In this document: piece after piece, positions 21,901 through 32,150 of the stretch
How the letters are laid out: every line of letters begins with the position of its first letter
How positions within the stretch are numbered: position 1 is the stretch's first letter
Virus record (IMG/VR): IMGVR_UViG_3300048008_000607
Direction: 5' to 3' (one strand)
From: an uncultured virus (IMG/VR IMGVR_UViG_3300048008_000607)
Lineage: Duplodnaviria > Heunggongvirae > Uroviricota > Caudoviricetes > Crassvirales
Length of the DNA: 64,000 bases
The notes under the pieces: generated by a model
Database searches by the model: none
Told to the model about the DNA's origin: nothing
The model's input: the letters and a program-made list of their open reading frames with translations, nothing else
Translations under genes and position numbers: made by a program

Positions 21901-24900
21901 TGATTAGTGTTTATAGTTGCATTATAATCTCCATATTGGTATCCGTGAAATCTTATTTTAGTACCATCAGTCCATAAATACGGAGGTAAAGTACTTGTAC
22001 CTGTAAACCCTGTTACTAAAGTAGGAAATTGTGCAGAAAAACTATTTGCATTAAACCAAAAAGAAACACTATAAGTTGAATTAGCAGCAAATCCGTTTAA
22101 AGGAGATGTTCCTACTTGTATATAACTTGTGCTTGTTCCATTAAAAAATGCAGCTCTACTACCTTCTTTATAGCCATAAGCTTCACCTTGTGTACCACCA
22201 TTACCTTGATATGTTACAGCTTTAAAGTAATTGCTTGGTTTGTCTTGTGTTGCACCATCTGGGTCAAATGCAGGTGCTGGAAGGTTATGTGTTGCTAAAG
22301 CTTTAAATCCAGTTGGAGGAGTGTATGTAAAATCTTTTTGACCAAAGTTAAAATTATAAACTGGTGTACCAGATGAACTATTATGCGCTTCAGCTGTTAA
22401 ATAAACGCTGGAATCTACATGTGAAGAATAATCATATGTATAAGCTAGTGTATTATTCTTATACCATTTTATTTCTTGTGCATCACAATCTAAAGCAATC
22501 GCCAATACATCATTATCATAATATTGTGTACCTGTAGCAATATGTGGAGTTACAAAAGACCCATCTATAATTCTATATAAGGTACCTTGTGGATGCCAGA
22601 ATAAATGAAAATCTGAATCCTCAACATTTGTTTGACCACCTCTTGATGCTGTTATTATACCGAATCTACCACCTATAGTACCGTTTCTTAAATTAGTACC
22701 AGTCATTTCCCAATACCATTTGCCAGTATTTACACCAACACTAGCTTTTATCATTTCACTACCGCTTGATATAGAAACTTTTGTGTTACCTTCAGATAAA
22801 GTTATTGTTGCATTACCATTTATTTTATTATTAGGATCAAAGGTTGCATAGTTTTCTAGAGGTTGATCTTTAACATGATCTGTAGCATCTATATTAGTTG
22901 CTGTGAAACTATTAGCATTACCAGATATATCTACTAAACTTACTTGTTCGTAATTACCTTGTGTAGCACGGTAGTTTTGAATAACTTCTTGGGCAGTTAA
23001 AGCTTCGTCATACACTCTAACTTGTGCAATTTTTCCTTGAAAGTGATTACTGTTGTTAGAATTTCTATAACCAATAGCAGCTTTTGTTCCAGAAGCAAAT
23101 GTAGTTGCACCTGATAATGATGAGAAAACAGCCGTTGTAGCTAGTAAGCTACCATTTTTATAAAACTTTACATCGTTATTTTTTCTTGTTATTACCCAAT
23201 GCTGCCATTTTCCAAGCTCTAATGATCCAGTTGGAGAACGAAATACAACATGACTACTACCATTATTTGTTCCATATCTTATATCAAGCCTATTTGAAAC
23301 AGACTCTACTCCCATAAAGTGAGAATAATAAGGAGAAACATGAGTAGCAGCATAAGTTTGATTATATATATAAGTACCGTCGTTGTCAGAATTACCTGTT
23401 GATGGTTTGAACCATGCTTCCATAGTAATATCCTGGGTTGTTACATCGTTTGCTAAATCTACTTTATCATTACTTCCATCAAAATCAAATACACCACCAT
23501 TAGTTGATGATAAAAAGCTAGCACCAGAAATAGTACCGTCGTTATTATTACTAGTTAAATCATTCCAGTTTGTACTACTACCACTATATGAAGAATTATT
23601 AGATGCGTCTAAATGTAACTTTAAAGATGTATCATCAACTATTGACCCAGTTGATGTATTATTAAGTGGTAACCAAAAACCGTTTAAACCGTAAGTGTAT
23701 TTGTGTTTTGTAGCGCTGTAATTTTGTTTTACCTCAGCAGGTGTTAATTGATCATTATAAAATTGTACTTCCCCAATTTTTCCGTTAAAATATGAGCTAG
23801 CACTAGACCCATCATTATTTGCTTGGTAGCCTATAAAAACATTTTGACTAGGTATATTTAATGAAGACATTGTTTTTGTACCAACACTTTGCCCATCAAC
23901 AAATAATTCTTGAATAGTTCCGTCATAAGTAACAGCTACTTGATGCCAAGAACCATTGAATAAATTGGTATGTGAAACATTTACATCAAAATCTCCACTT
24001 CCCAAATACCCAGAAATTCCTAATGTTGTACCACTATTAACTCTAAAAAGCCAATATTGATTAGGAGACCCATTACCTGTTTTAACAAGTGACGAATAGG
24101 CAGTGGTGGTAGTAGCTATCCACATTGTTATTGATTTAGCGCCTGTACCACTAGCTAAAGCCCCAGCATTTAATTCTAGTTTGCTACTACTACCATTAAA
24201 ATCAGCAATACCATAATTATTTTTTAAAAAACTAACATTAGTAGGATCACCATCATAATTACTTTGTTCATCGTTAGCACCATCTGTAAACTGTAAATTT
24301 ACATTTAAATTATTAGTGACTAAAGTATCTGTACTAGGTGTATTAAAAGCTTTAGGTATCCATATACCTTGTACTAATTCACCAAAGCTATCAGGGCGTA
24401 ACTGTGTACCTTCAATAAATTTAAAGTCCGCAACAACCATGTCGCTTCCTATTCCTGTGGACCAAGTTACGTCGCCTATTCTTTGATTATTATTGAATTT
24501 TATATTATCATTTTTAGATGGCCATGTTTCTGTTTTTACACTACCATCAATTTCAGTTAATTCTACACCATTAGCATAAGTTCTAACCCTATCATATTGA
24601 TATGATTTTGTAGTATCAATAGCAACAACTATATGATACCAAGATGACGCATCTATAAATTCATAATCATAAACCAATTGTATTTCAGTATTACTATTTG
24701 TAGTTGCTACTATTTGTAGTTTACTATCTATAACAGAACCTGATGTATTAAATCTAAACCATAATCTATTTGTTTGGTTATCTCCAGATGCATAAATGGT
24801 GGTATTATTGTTGTAAATATCATTTCTTTTAATCCAAAAAGAAAATGTACCAGTTGTATTTGTATTTGTAAAATCTGTGTCTCTATCTAAATAAACAATT

Positions 24901-25178
24901 TCATTACTTGCATTAAAATATAAACTTTCACCTAAAGCACCATCAGCTTCTGTTTGTGGCAAAGCAGATGTAAAAGTAGAGTAGCCTTGCATTTCAGACA
25001 TAGCTCTACCGGTAACTACACTACCATCTGAAACATTAGTAAACGCACTTGTATTTAACGTACCTAAAGAAACATCAGCGTCTGTTGCATTACCATTTAT
25101 TTCTTCGTTTATATCAGTTACACTATCTGCAGCGTCACCTCTTAATCTAATATCCGAACCAGTATTTTGTATTGGCAT
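18963..25178 (-). CDS. Large fibre/adhesin with LamG (ConA-like) and SPRY-like domains
   Basis: 2071 aa; several LamG patterns (WHQVAVTYDG, GKIDDVRIY), two GKWYWE SPRY-like modules, duplicated GFSKIG.Y.G modules. Confidence 0.75.
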   Translation of the reverse strand: MPIQNTGSDIRLRGDAADSVTDINEEINGNATDADVSLGTLNTSAFTNVSDGSVVTGRAMSEMQGYSTFTSALPQTEADGALGESLYFNASNEIVYLDRDTDFTNTNTTGTFSFWIKRNDIYNNNTTIYASGDNQTNRLWFRFNTSGSVIDSKLQIVATTNSNTEIQLVYDYEFIDASSWYHIVVAIDTTKSYQYDRVRTYANGVELTEIDGSVKTETWPSKNDNIKFNNNQRIGDVTWSTGIGSDMVVADFKFIEGTQLRPDSFGELVQGIWIPKAFNTPSTDTLVTNNLNVNLQFTDGANDEQSNYDGDPTNVSFLKNNYGIADFNGSSSKLELNAGALASGTGAKSITMWIATTTTAYSSLVKTGNGSPNQYWLFRVNSGTTLGISGYLGSGDFDVNVSHTNLFNGSWHQVAVTYDGTIQELFVDGQSVGTKTMSSLNIPSQNVFIGYQANNDGSSASSYFNGKIGEVQFYNDQLTPAEVKQNYSATKHKYTYGLNGFWLPLNNTSTGSIVDDTSLKLHLDASNNSSYSGSSTNWNDLTSNNNDGTISGASFLSSTNGGVFDFDGSNDKVDLANDVTTQDITMEAWFKPSTGNSDNDGTYIYNQTYAATHVSPYYSHFMGVESVSNRLDIRYGTNNGSSHVVFRSPTGSLELGKWQHWVITRKNNDVKFYKNGSLLATTAVFSSLSGATTFASGTKAAIGYRNSNNSNHFQGKIAQVRVYDEALTAQEVIQNYRATQGNYEQVSLVDISGNANSFTATNIDATDHVKDQPLENYATFDPNNKINGNATITLSEGNTKVSISSGSEMIKASVGVNTGKWYWEMTGTNLRNGTIGGRFGIITASRGGQTNVEDSDFHLFWHPQGTLYRIIDGSFVTPHIATGTQYYDNDVLAIALDCDAQEIKWYKNNTLAYTYDYSSHVDSSVYLTAEAHNSSSGTPVYNFNFGQKDFTYTPPTGFKALATHNLPAPAFDPDGATQDKPSNYFKAVTYQGNGGTQGEAYGYKEGSRAAFFNGTSTSYIQVGTSPLNGFAANSTYSVSFWFNANSFSAQFPTLVTGFTGTSTLPPYLWTDGTKIRFHGYQYGDYNATINTNQWYHIVMTNNGTTTTAYVNGSAVTLSGLTTWGPDAGDSFFIGGTGIATTAFDGKIDDVRIYSDVLTLTEVGYLADDDTTNIDAISNLVAHYDMEGNANNIDIVSTEFATWDSTLSSIPIYSEGNLRMTGGSGNKIGYSTESVSSGKWYWEHEVISIGGESSFGIARPGDLGSHYVVGTSSTSWGLYVNGNVYHNGSITTSGYMSGGFANGDIIGVELDLDNGTLEFYKNGTGYGNAFTGLSGEFLVAAEARTSGGSNDHRTNFGASAWDYTPSTGFQGLYLKYNGTDTNVTYTQDKPYGNINVGFAPDLVWWKNRDIAAWPQLHDSIRGAGNRIFSNDTSSTQYDAQSITSFDSNGFSIGTSSDFNGDCVAWAWKAGGAAVSNTDGTITSQVSANTEAGFSIVKYTGSNSAGATIGHGLSLEPDLIIVKGLQNVSAYNWMVYSSSATTNLGNSGEQGHAYLNLTNVYEEPSNQSIKSVWNDTAPTSTVFSVSDNVNVNANGAYIAYCFHSVDGFSKIGSYTGNGSTDGPFVYTGFKPAFVMVKRTDAAGFWTILDNKRDTRNPNDKPLYANASNTESTAQATNFYSNGFKPVTTDSDVNASGSYIFMAFAEDPVKYSNGVATLGDGNEFIEGGNYPEDNFVAQTWTGTATARSIEYGFKPDLWIVKNRTTSYGHYWIWQDTVRGPRKMLYSNATNNQGDWGGDYVEFADKGINITYSGTNTNGINENGFTYVGHGFKAAGNDNTYNILENGTVTSSASASTLGLDTGTITPDGISANKDNGFSIIKWTGNGISGSKINHGLSKPPEIILTKGLTNPTSWIFGIGGIPGLGDSDYMTLNTTSVLSNTSTFYQAYDANTFTVGVSSANEMNKNSSNEYISYAWHSVPGFSKIGTYSGTNAAGNAQNLGFEPAFVMVKRYVGAASNWVIFENKRPGGILRFDLTNVEASDTRITLTSTGFQFTGAAYNETNTKWIYMAFAHR

Positions 25179-25181
25179 AGT

Positions 25182-28100
25182 CTATGCGTTTATTTGTTTT
25201 TTTAATTCAGTAACTTCTTGTGATAATTCTTTTACCGCTTCAATAAGTACAGCTGTAATTTTTTCGTAGTCAACAGTTTTAATTTCTTTATCGTCAAGTA
25301 ATTTTTTGCTATACACAATTTCAGGTATAACCTTTTCAACTTCTTGAGCTACAACACCAATATCGTGCTGTCCTTCTTTTTTACCATAATTCCAATCAAA
25401 CTCAACACCTCTTAGTTTATTTACAATATCTAAACCTTTGTGTATTGTTTTTATATTATCTTTCAATGATCTATCAGAAGCAACTACTGTAGAAAATGCA
25501 ACTACATCTTGTCTTACAAGTAAATCACCATCATCTTCAAGCTGCATATTAAGAGCACCACTACCATACCATTCATGTACTCCTGTATTTATTGATTTGT
25601 AATAATCATCTGTTGTAGCACCTATATGAGTTACAATACTTCTTTGATCAGCATTTACATCAATTGCATTAGAGTTTATAGTTATACCGCTTCCACCTGT
25701 TAATGATATAGCTGAAACTAAATTTGCCTTTGTAATTGTTTTATGAGCGGATGCTGTTGCATCGTAGAATAACATTTCATCTGCATCATCTATAGTTGTT
25801 TCAACAGTAAGATCATTAATAGCTAATCCAATATTTCCAGTTGATGTAACCGTACCTGTAAGACCCGTATCTGTACCAACACTAGTTACAGTACCTGTGT
25901 TAGTTGTAAATCCACTATCGTTATTAAACGCTGAAAGCTTTATTTCATTTGCAGCTTTACGTGATTCAGTTGTACCATCTTGCAGTATAAATTCTGTAGT
26001 ACCTGATATATCAGATGTCATATCAGTTAACTCAGAAAAATCAAGATCAATAGTTATAGAACTGTTGGTGCTTTGATCTGTTGTAAAAGTACCGCCTCCA
26101 GATAAACCAGCACCAGCAGTAAGTGTTATTGTAGAATCGTTAGCCGCTGAAGGTATTGTTGGTGTACTAGTTAAATTTGCATAATCTAAATAGTAAGAAC
26201 CTTCTTGACCATCTAATGTATCTGCATCTAATCCGTTACCAGCACCTTCGTCAGCTGTAGTCAACAATCTAGTTTCAGAACCAACTAAGCCAGCAAGCCA
26301 AGCGCCTGCGCTTTCATCCCATAATAACGATGCATCAGCACCAGAACTACCTCTTTCTAATAATATACCACCATCAACAGCAGTACCAGTTAAATCATCA
26401 TTTAATATGATCTGATTATCAGAAACACTAAGCTCTGTTGTATTTATAGTTGTTGTTGTACCATTAACAGTTAAATCACCAGTCACAATTAAATCGTCAC
26501 CTATAGTAGTAGCTGTTGATAAACCAGATAACCTTGATTGTAAGTTAGCAGCAGATACATCAACATCTGTATTTGAAGTAAATGACAGATTGCTTTGCAT
26601 ATATGTTTGCAAAACATCAATATCCATACGCTTTATGTTACCTGCATCACTTACTAATATTTCATCAGTAGCCTCTAAACCAGTAGTTAATTCAGTTTGA
26701 CCAGATATAACATTATTGTTGAGCATTGAACCTTCTACAGAATTTGCAGCTATAGTTGTCGCAATAGAAGTTGTCCCAGAACCAGTTATATCACCAGTTA
26801 ATGTTATTGTTTGATTACCTGTAATATATCCTTGACCAGTTACAAAAGTGTGTATGTCATCAGCAGTGGCTAAATTTGTTCCACCATCTACTATTGCCTC
26901 AGTAGTTATAGTTGTGCTAACTAAACCAGTTACGTGACCATTACTGTCTAAAGTTAAATCTTGTAAAAATGTTAAACCTGAATTATCTGCTGAAGTAGCT
27001 GCAGATATGCTTGGATGAGCAGATGCTATTGTAAAGTTTGGATATGCACCAGTTACTGTAATATTGTCACCCTCTGCTATTGCTACAGTTTGATCGTATA
27101 AGTTTGTTGATCCTTCTGCAATATCATCAGAAGTTACACTGGTATTTTCAAATAAACCGTTTGTAGAATTGTATTTTAAAAATTGATTATTAGTTGGGCT
27201 ACTTACAGTAACATCAGATAAATCGCTTAATGCTGATGCTGCAGCTGAGCCGCCTAAACTAGTAGCAGCTAAACTTCTAAATATTCCAGCGGTAAGTATT
27301 TTTGCATCAGCTGTATTATTTAAAGCAGTAGCATTACCTTTAACAATTACAGCTCCTAAATATATAGCCTGCGCAGCGGTGTTTTCTGCTTCTGTAAAAT
27401 CTTCTAAAAGATAATTTCTTCTAGCTTCATCAATGCTTGTATAAGTGCCTTTACCATAATAAGCCACTATAATATCCGGCGTAGTTGGAAAATAAAATAA
27501 TCTTTGTACAGTATATAATCCTCCAGAAACAGTAGCTAGCGTGCCTGATCCATCGTCATATAAACCAGGATTAATATTAGTAAATCCAGCACCATTATTA
27601 GAGTCTAGTACATGACCAGTTGAACCATCACCATAATATCTATGTATTAAAGCAGATGTTTTTGAAGTGTCTGATACGATTGAAGGATTATTAGGATCAG
27701 AACTATAATTACGACCTGTTGCCCACGCAACACCAGATGCTCTATCTAATTTTAAATTTGCACCATTTGCAGTAACGTTGTGTCCTGATTTTTTTAGTGG
27801 TCCAAAAATTCTTGTGAATTCTTGTATTTGTGTTACAGAACCGTATGCTGTAATTGGAAATGTTTTTACAAAATCAATTGTACCACTTGTGTGAATTACA
27901 GAACCAATTATAATATTGTTAGATTTTTGCGCATCAGTAAAGTTTGATGTTTGTTGATTAACAACGCCATTTATATCTATATATATCCAAGTATTTTTTT
28001 GTGTTGATGAACCAGAGTCTAAACCGCTACACGTTATTGTTTGCTCAGACCAGTTAACATCTACAATCTCCGGATGGGGTTTTGTAGCTGCACTTTCTTT

Positions 28101-29720
28101 GTTTAAGTCATTTATAATACCGCTACCAGCAGCAATTGTAAACTGTGTATTATTAGCTTTTGATAAATTACCTCCACTTGTTATACCAGTAGATATACCT
28201 TCTGTAATTGTATCTATTGGTAATTCATGATTGTGGTATCTAAAGTTTAATACATCATGACCATTTTCTGTTTTATAATATATTGCATTATCCTGTGTTA
28301 CACTTGTTTGTGCAGTGGTAAATGATAATACATCATCTACAACTATATTATCAGTAGAAGTATCACCGGTTACAGTTAAATCATTTCCTATTGTAACATC
28401 ATTTGGTAAACCAACTGTCCAAGTTCTATCAGTAGTTAAATCTTGTGCGCCACCTCCAACTTCTATTTCATTTGTTGTACCTGTAACATTTAATGTTGTT
28501 GATTGATCTAATATTGTAGGTTTATTTAAAATAAATGAATCCTCATTAGTATCAGTCTCTGTCCAATCAGATTGTACGTTTGCTTCAGCACCAGCATTTA
28601 GTCCAGCTAGTTTTGTTCTTTCAGTGGATGTAATTATAGCACCAGACCCTGCACTTGTTATGTCACTTAACTCTGTAACGTTATGTGTAGAAAGATCTGT
28701 TATATCTGTTGGCTTGTTTTGTATAAAAGCATCTGCAGCTGTATCTGATTCACTCCAATCAGATTGCACATTAACTTCCGCATTAGCTTCTATATTGTTT
28801 AACTTAGTAAGCAATGTATCTGTAAAATCGTTAGCAGAAAGCTCTTTGCCGGCAACTACATCAACTTTACCGTCTAATGCAGTTTGTAGCCCTGCAATAT
28901 TTGATATAGACAAATTATCTAAAGTATCTTTATTTGCTTCAATAAAATCTACAACTTCTTGTAAACTATCAAGATCAATATTATCAGATGCTAATAGCGC
29001 GTTTATTGAATCAATAAATCCTTTTAATATACGCCCTTGATTAGCCGAAAGAGCTTGTCCAATTGTATTAGTTTCTAAATTATTTATTATATCGGTATAC
29101 AGTACTCTATCATATATAGTTCCGACCGCAACTCGTTCAGCGTCTGTAATAACAGCACCAGAACCAGCGCTAGTCATATCATTTAATGATGTAACAGAAA
29201 ATGAATTTAAATTTTTAAGGTTATTACCTAAAGTTGAAACGTAGTATTCTACTCCTTTTTGTAATTGTCCAGAAGCATCTTGATTTGTAAGTGTAAGTAC
29301 TTTATAAGTTCCAGTTATGTCATCATTAACTTCATCCACACGATATATACCAAAATTGTTTACATCGTTTTTATTTGTAATACGTACATCATAACCAGAT
29401 AATACATCAATGTAATTGCTTACATCCGCATTTTTAAGGTTTTTATCTGAAAGATATATTGTTTGTATATTATCAAAATCAGTGTTAGTGTAATCACCAG
29501 TACCAGTTGTGATAATCCCGTACTGTTCTGTGTTTACATTATAGTCTTGTACCTTAAAAACAATACCATCAAAATGTTTTATAGCGTTGACATCATTAGC
29601 CAAACCTAACAAACTATCGATGGTAAAGTTTTTTGTTACATTATCCTCGGAATTACTTCCTATAAGCTTATCGTTTATGTCTAAGCTTGGATCTTGATTG
29701 TACGTAAATATTCTAGCCAT
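25182..29720 (-). CDS. Tail fibre with C-terminal intramolecular chaperone (peptidase S74-like)
   Basis: 1512 aa; SDRSLKDNI...LRGVEFDW...GVVAQEVE C-terminus; NVQSDW repeats; LDADTLDG. Confidence 0.8.
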   Translation of the reverse strand: MARIFTYNQDPSLDINDKLIGSNSEDNVTKNFTIDSLLGLANDVNAIKHFDGIVFKVQDYNVNTEQYGIITTGTGDYTNTDFDNIQTIYLSDKNLKNADVSNYIDVLSGYDVRITNKNDVNNFGIYRVDEVNDDITGTYKVLTLTNQDASGQLQKGVEYYVSTLGNNLKNLNSFSVTSLNDMTSAGSGAVITDAERVAVGTIYDRVLYTDIINNLETNTIGQALSANQGRILKGFIDSINALLASDNIDLDSLQEVVDFIEANKDTLDNLSISNIAGLQTALDGKVDVVAGKELSANDFTDTLLTKLNNIEANAEVNVQSDWSESDTAADAFIQNKPTDITDLSTHNVTELSDITSAGSGAIITSTERTKLAGLNAGAEANVQSDWTETDTNEDSFILNKPTILDQSTTLNVTGTTNEIEVGGGAQDLTTDRTWTVGLPNDVTIGNDLTVTGDTSTDNIVVDDVLSFTTAQTSVTQDNAIYYKTENGHDVLNFRYHNHELPIDTITEGISTGITSGGNLSKANNTQFTIAAGSGIINDLNKESAATKPHPEIVDVNWSEQTITCSGLDSGSSTQKNTWIYIDINGVVNQQTSNFTDAQKSNNIIIGSVIHTSGTIDFVKTFPITAYGSVTQIQEFTRIFGPLKKSGHNVTANGANLKLDRASGVAWATGRNYSSDPNNPSIVSDTSKTSALIHRYYGDGSTGHVLDSNNGAGFTNINPGLYDDGSGTLATVSGGLYTVQRLFYFPTTPDIIVAYYGKGTYTSIDEARRNYLLEDFTEAENTAAQAIYLGAVIVKGNATALNNTADAKILTAGIFRSLAATSLGGSAAASALSDLSDVTVSSPTNNQFLKYNSTNGLFENTSVTSDDIAEGSTNLYDQTVAIAEGDNITVTGAYPNFTIASAHPSISAATSADNSGLTFLQDLTLDSNGHVTGLVSTTITTEAIVDGGTNLATADDIHTFVTGQGYITGNQTITLTGDITGSGTTSIATTIAANSVEGSMLNNNVISGQTELTTGLEATDEILVSDAGNIKRMDIDVLQTYMQSNLSFTSNTDVDVSAANLQSRLSGLSTATTIGDDLIVTGDLTVNGTTTTINTTELSVSDNQIILNDDLTGTAVDGGILLERGSSGADASLLWDESAGAWLAGLVGSETRLLTTADEGAGNGLDADTLDGQEGSYYLDYANLTSTPTIPSAANDSTITLTAGAGLSGGGTFTTDQSTNSSITIDLDFSELTDMTSDISGTTEFILQDGTTESRKAANEIKLSAFNNDSGFTTNTGTVTSVGTDTGLTGTVTSTGNIGLAINDLTVETTIDDADEMLFYDATASAHKTITKANLVSAISLTGGSGITINSNAIDVNADQRSIVTHIGATTDDYYKSINTGVHEWYGSGALNMQLEDDGDLLVRQDVVAFSTVVASDRSLKDNIKTIHKGLDIVNKLRGVEFDWNYGKKEGQHDIGVVAQEVEKVIPEIVYSKKLLDDKEIKTVDYEKITAVLIEAVKELSQEVTELKKQINA

Positions 29721-30137
29721 TTATCTGTGCATTTTATTTCCAAAGACTTTTTCCACACCACGCGATCCGAAATAGCCTCCGATTACTATAGTTAATAATG
29801 AAGTTATGCTGTCTAATGAATATCCTAGATACCATCCAACAACATATGATATTGTTAAAAAAACTAATACTAATGGCCTTACATTAGAAGCTAGCCATGA
29901 GCCAGATCTTGCATCTGCAACCCATCGTTTTGTTACACCATCTATTTCTGCTCTTTCCATTTTTAATTTTTCAAGAGCAATTTCTTTGTCGGAATCTGAC
30001 ATATCAGATCCTCCGATTATAGCTTGTATAACAGAACCCACAGGTGTATCACCTGCTATAGCTCCGACAACGTTTGGAATTTTGTTAAGCAAAAATTGTC
30101 CGACAGCCGTGTCTTTAAATTTTTTCTTATCAGCCAT
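29721..30137 (-). CDS. Putative holin (3TM-holin-like)
   Basis: 138 aa; RW..D..S.SWL..NVRP, hydrophobic helices, YFGSRG; close to the endolysin gene. Confidence 0.6.
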   Translation of the reverse strand: MADKKKFKDTAVGQFLLNKIPNVVGAIAGDTPVGSVIQAIIGGSDMSDSDKEIALEKLKMERAEIDGVTKRWVADARSGSWLASNVRPLVLVFLTISYVVGWYLGYSLDSITSLLTIVIGGYFGSRGVEKVFGNKMHR

Positions 30138-30418
30138 TATTTTTTAGGTTTTCTTCCTGTTCTTGTTTTTCCTGTTACCGCAGATGGTATATCACCAATT
30201 TGGTTGCCAACCTCTTTTACAGCAGCACCCACGTCTTTCATTTCTTGCACAACTCTTTGTGCTCTTTCTTTAATCTCTGCAGCTGCTTCTTCTGCTGAAT
30301 CAGCAATCATATCTTTATCGCTATCTTTAATCTTACCTGTATACATATATACTAAATAAAAGTTTAGTAAGATTGATAAAATAGAAATTGCTATTAGTGT
30401 AATGTTTAGTGTAGTCAT
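30137..30418 (-). CDS. Membrane-anchored protein in the lysis region
   Basis: 93 aa; N-terminal transmembrane helix followed by an amphipathic helix. Confidence 0.5.
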   Translation of the reverse strand: MTTLNITLIAISILSILLNFYLVYMYTGKIKDSDKDMIADSAEEAAAEIKERAQRVVQEMKDVGAAVKEVGNQIGDIPSAVTGKTRTGRKPKK

Positions 30419-30433
30419 AATATAAAATTTAAA

Positions 30434-30766
30434 TTAACAGTTCCATCTTCTACGAGCAGCTCTACCTCTTTCTGAGGACCAACCTTTTGATCTCGCACAA
30501 AATGATTTTCTTCTTTTAGCAGCTTTGCTACCAGGTTTTAATTCACTAGGGGGCGTAGTCACTGCTGTCTTTAGTTTACTTCCGGGATTATCTCTTCTAT
30601 ATTTAGCAGTTCCTTTTGCTGTCATACCACCTCCAGCTGCAGCTCCTGTTCCTGTTGGATTAGCTTTATTATAATAGCCTAAGCTTTTCTTTTTAGAAGG
30701 TGCTGGCGGTTTTGCTTTTTTTAAGAAAGGGGCTTTTTGTACCCTTGAAGTAATTGGATCATTCAT
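30434..30766 (-). CDS. Small basic phage protein
   Basis: 110 aa; KRRKSFCARS...RWNC motif common in environmental phages. Confidence 0.6.
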   Translation of the reverse strand: MNDPITSRVQKAPFLKKAKPPAPSKKKSLGYYNKANPTGTGAAAGGGMTAKGTAKYRRDNPGSKLKTAVTTPPSELKPGSKAAKRRKSFCARSKGWSSERGRAARRRWNC

Positions 30767-31223
30767 TTGTAATGTTTATGTATTTTGTTCTACCGTTTTC
30801 TTTAATAGCTTTAAGTATACGCATTCTATTCTTGCCTAAACTATAACTAACGTGAACCCAAGCTGGATTTTGATCATCTCCGAACTCCCATATTAATTGA
30901 TCAAACTCAAGATGATTTTTAATGTAATTAAAAAAATCAGCGTTTGAAGCTTTGCTATACACATCATCAATATCAATAGCTTCACCTTTACAATGCTGCG
31001 AACTAGAAGATCCCCCAATAGCTTTATTAAGTTCTGGTGATCTATAAAACGATGATATATATATAGGTTCGTTAAATTTATTTCTTAAAGGTTCAAAAAT
31101 ATGCTCTGCAGTTATTTGCATAGTTACAAGAGTATCGTTATCTGGCATATTATTAATGCCTAAACGCTTTGCTGTATTAGAACGCAAAGCCTCTTTCATA
31201 CTTATGTGCTCACTTATATTCAT
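30759..31223 (-). CDS. Endolysin, peptidase M15 family
   Basis: 154 aa; SSFYRSPELN..IGG...SQHCKGEAID...WVHVS zinc-peptidase motifs. Confidence 0.85.
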   Translation of the reverse strand: MNISEHISMKEALRSNTAKRLGINNMPDNDTLVTMQITAEHIFEPLRNKFNEPIYISSFYRSPELNKAIGGSSSSQHCKGEAIDIDDVYSKASNADFFNYIKNHLEFDQLIWEFGDDQNPAWVHVSYSLGKNRMRILKAIKENGRTKYINITNE

Positions 31224-31246
31224 TAGATTAAATTAAATTATTGTTT

Positions 31247-31381
31247 TTAGTTGCCTCTTTGAATCTTTTTGTTTCCACGCATTGTACACCCACAGCTTCC
31301 AATTGGTTTCATACAAGTTTCGCAAACTTTACTAGGTGCTTTCTTTTGTGCATGTACTTTTTTAGTAATAGGTAAATCCAT
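31247..31381 (-). CDS. 44-aa basic Cys-rich peptide
   Basis: Hand-translated MDLPITKKVHAQKKAPSKVCETCMKPIGSCGCTMRGNKKIQRGN; fills an operon gap. Confidence 0.55.
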   Translation of the reverse strand: MDLPITKKVHAQKKAPSKVCETCMKPIGSCGCTMRGNKKIQRGN

Positions 31382-31386
31382 TTTTT

Positions 31387-31710
31387 TTATTTTTTTGATT
31401 GTCTTCTATATGCTTCCGCCTCCCATTCTAACTTAGGAAAGCCTTCTTTCATTCCTTTTCTAGGATACTTTTTTCCTTTCCAATATACGTAGTCTTCGTC
31501 ATAGCTTAAGTCTTTGCGAAGTATTTGTTCTCTGTGAACTCTTTCGTGAGATTCTGCTACTTTTTGTTGTACGGGCGAAAGGTTTTTATTAATAACGATA
31601 GTGCCGTCATCCAATGTTACTCCGTGCACACCTGGCTCTAAATTCTCTTTCAGTGAAGGTTTGCTTTCGTGTATTAGCGACATTACATCGCTTTTCATTT
31701 TATAACCCAT
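31387..31710 (-). CDS. Putative minimal zincin metallopeptidase
   Basis: 107 aa; HERVH (HExxH) plus downstream WEAEAY. Confidence 0.55.
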   Translation of the reverse strand: MGYKMKSDVMSLIHESKPSLKENLEPGVHGVTLDDGTIVINKNLSPVQQKVAESHERVHREQILRKDLSYDEDYVYWKGKKYPRKGMKEGFPKLEWEAEAYRRQSKK

Positions 31711-32150
31711 TATCGTTCTTTATCTTTATGCATATTATCTATAGCAGCATTAAATACTTTATCACTATAAGTTTTGTTTTTATTAAACACACTTCTTTGT
31801 GTTACAGGTAAATCTTCTTGTCCTAAAAGAATTCTATAAATTCTTGAAATAAGATGTTTGCACTGTGTTGAAACTTTATATATATTGTATTTAATTGTAG
31901 TATGATTTCTTTTTGTATATATATCTATCCATCCATTTTTACGCAAACGCTCCCAGCGATGCTTATCCCATGAATGTATATATGTACCTTTTATGTAATC
32001 ATTACGTGTAAAACGGCCAAGACAATCAAAATGTATTAATAATTCAAGATCAGCGTCAGTTAGCTTATATGTTTTACAAGCCCATTTTCTAACTAATCTA
32101 TAATATTTAAAAAGACCAATGTGTCTAATATCATCAGATTCTAATCTCAT
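31710..32150 (-). CDS. Hypothetical protein, possible winged helix
   Basis: 146 aa; coupled to groES; RLRKNGWI...YKVS pattern loosely resembles a winged helix. Confidence 0.45.
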   Translation of the reverse strand: MRLESDDIRHIGLFKYYRLVRKWACKTYKLTDADLELLIHFDCLGRFTRNDYIKGTYIHSWDKHRWERLRKNGWIDIYTKRNHTTIKYNIYKVSTQCKHLISRIYRILLGQEDLPVTQRSVFNKNKTYSDKVFNAAIDNMHKDKER

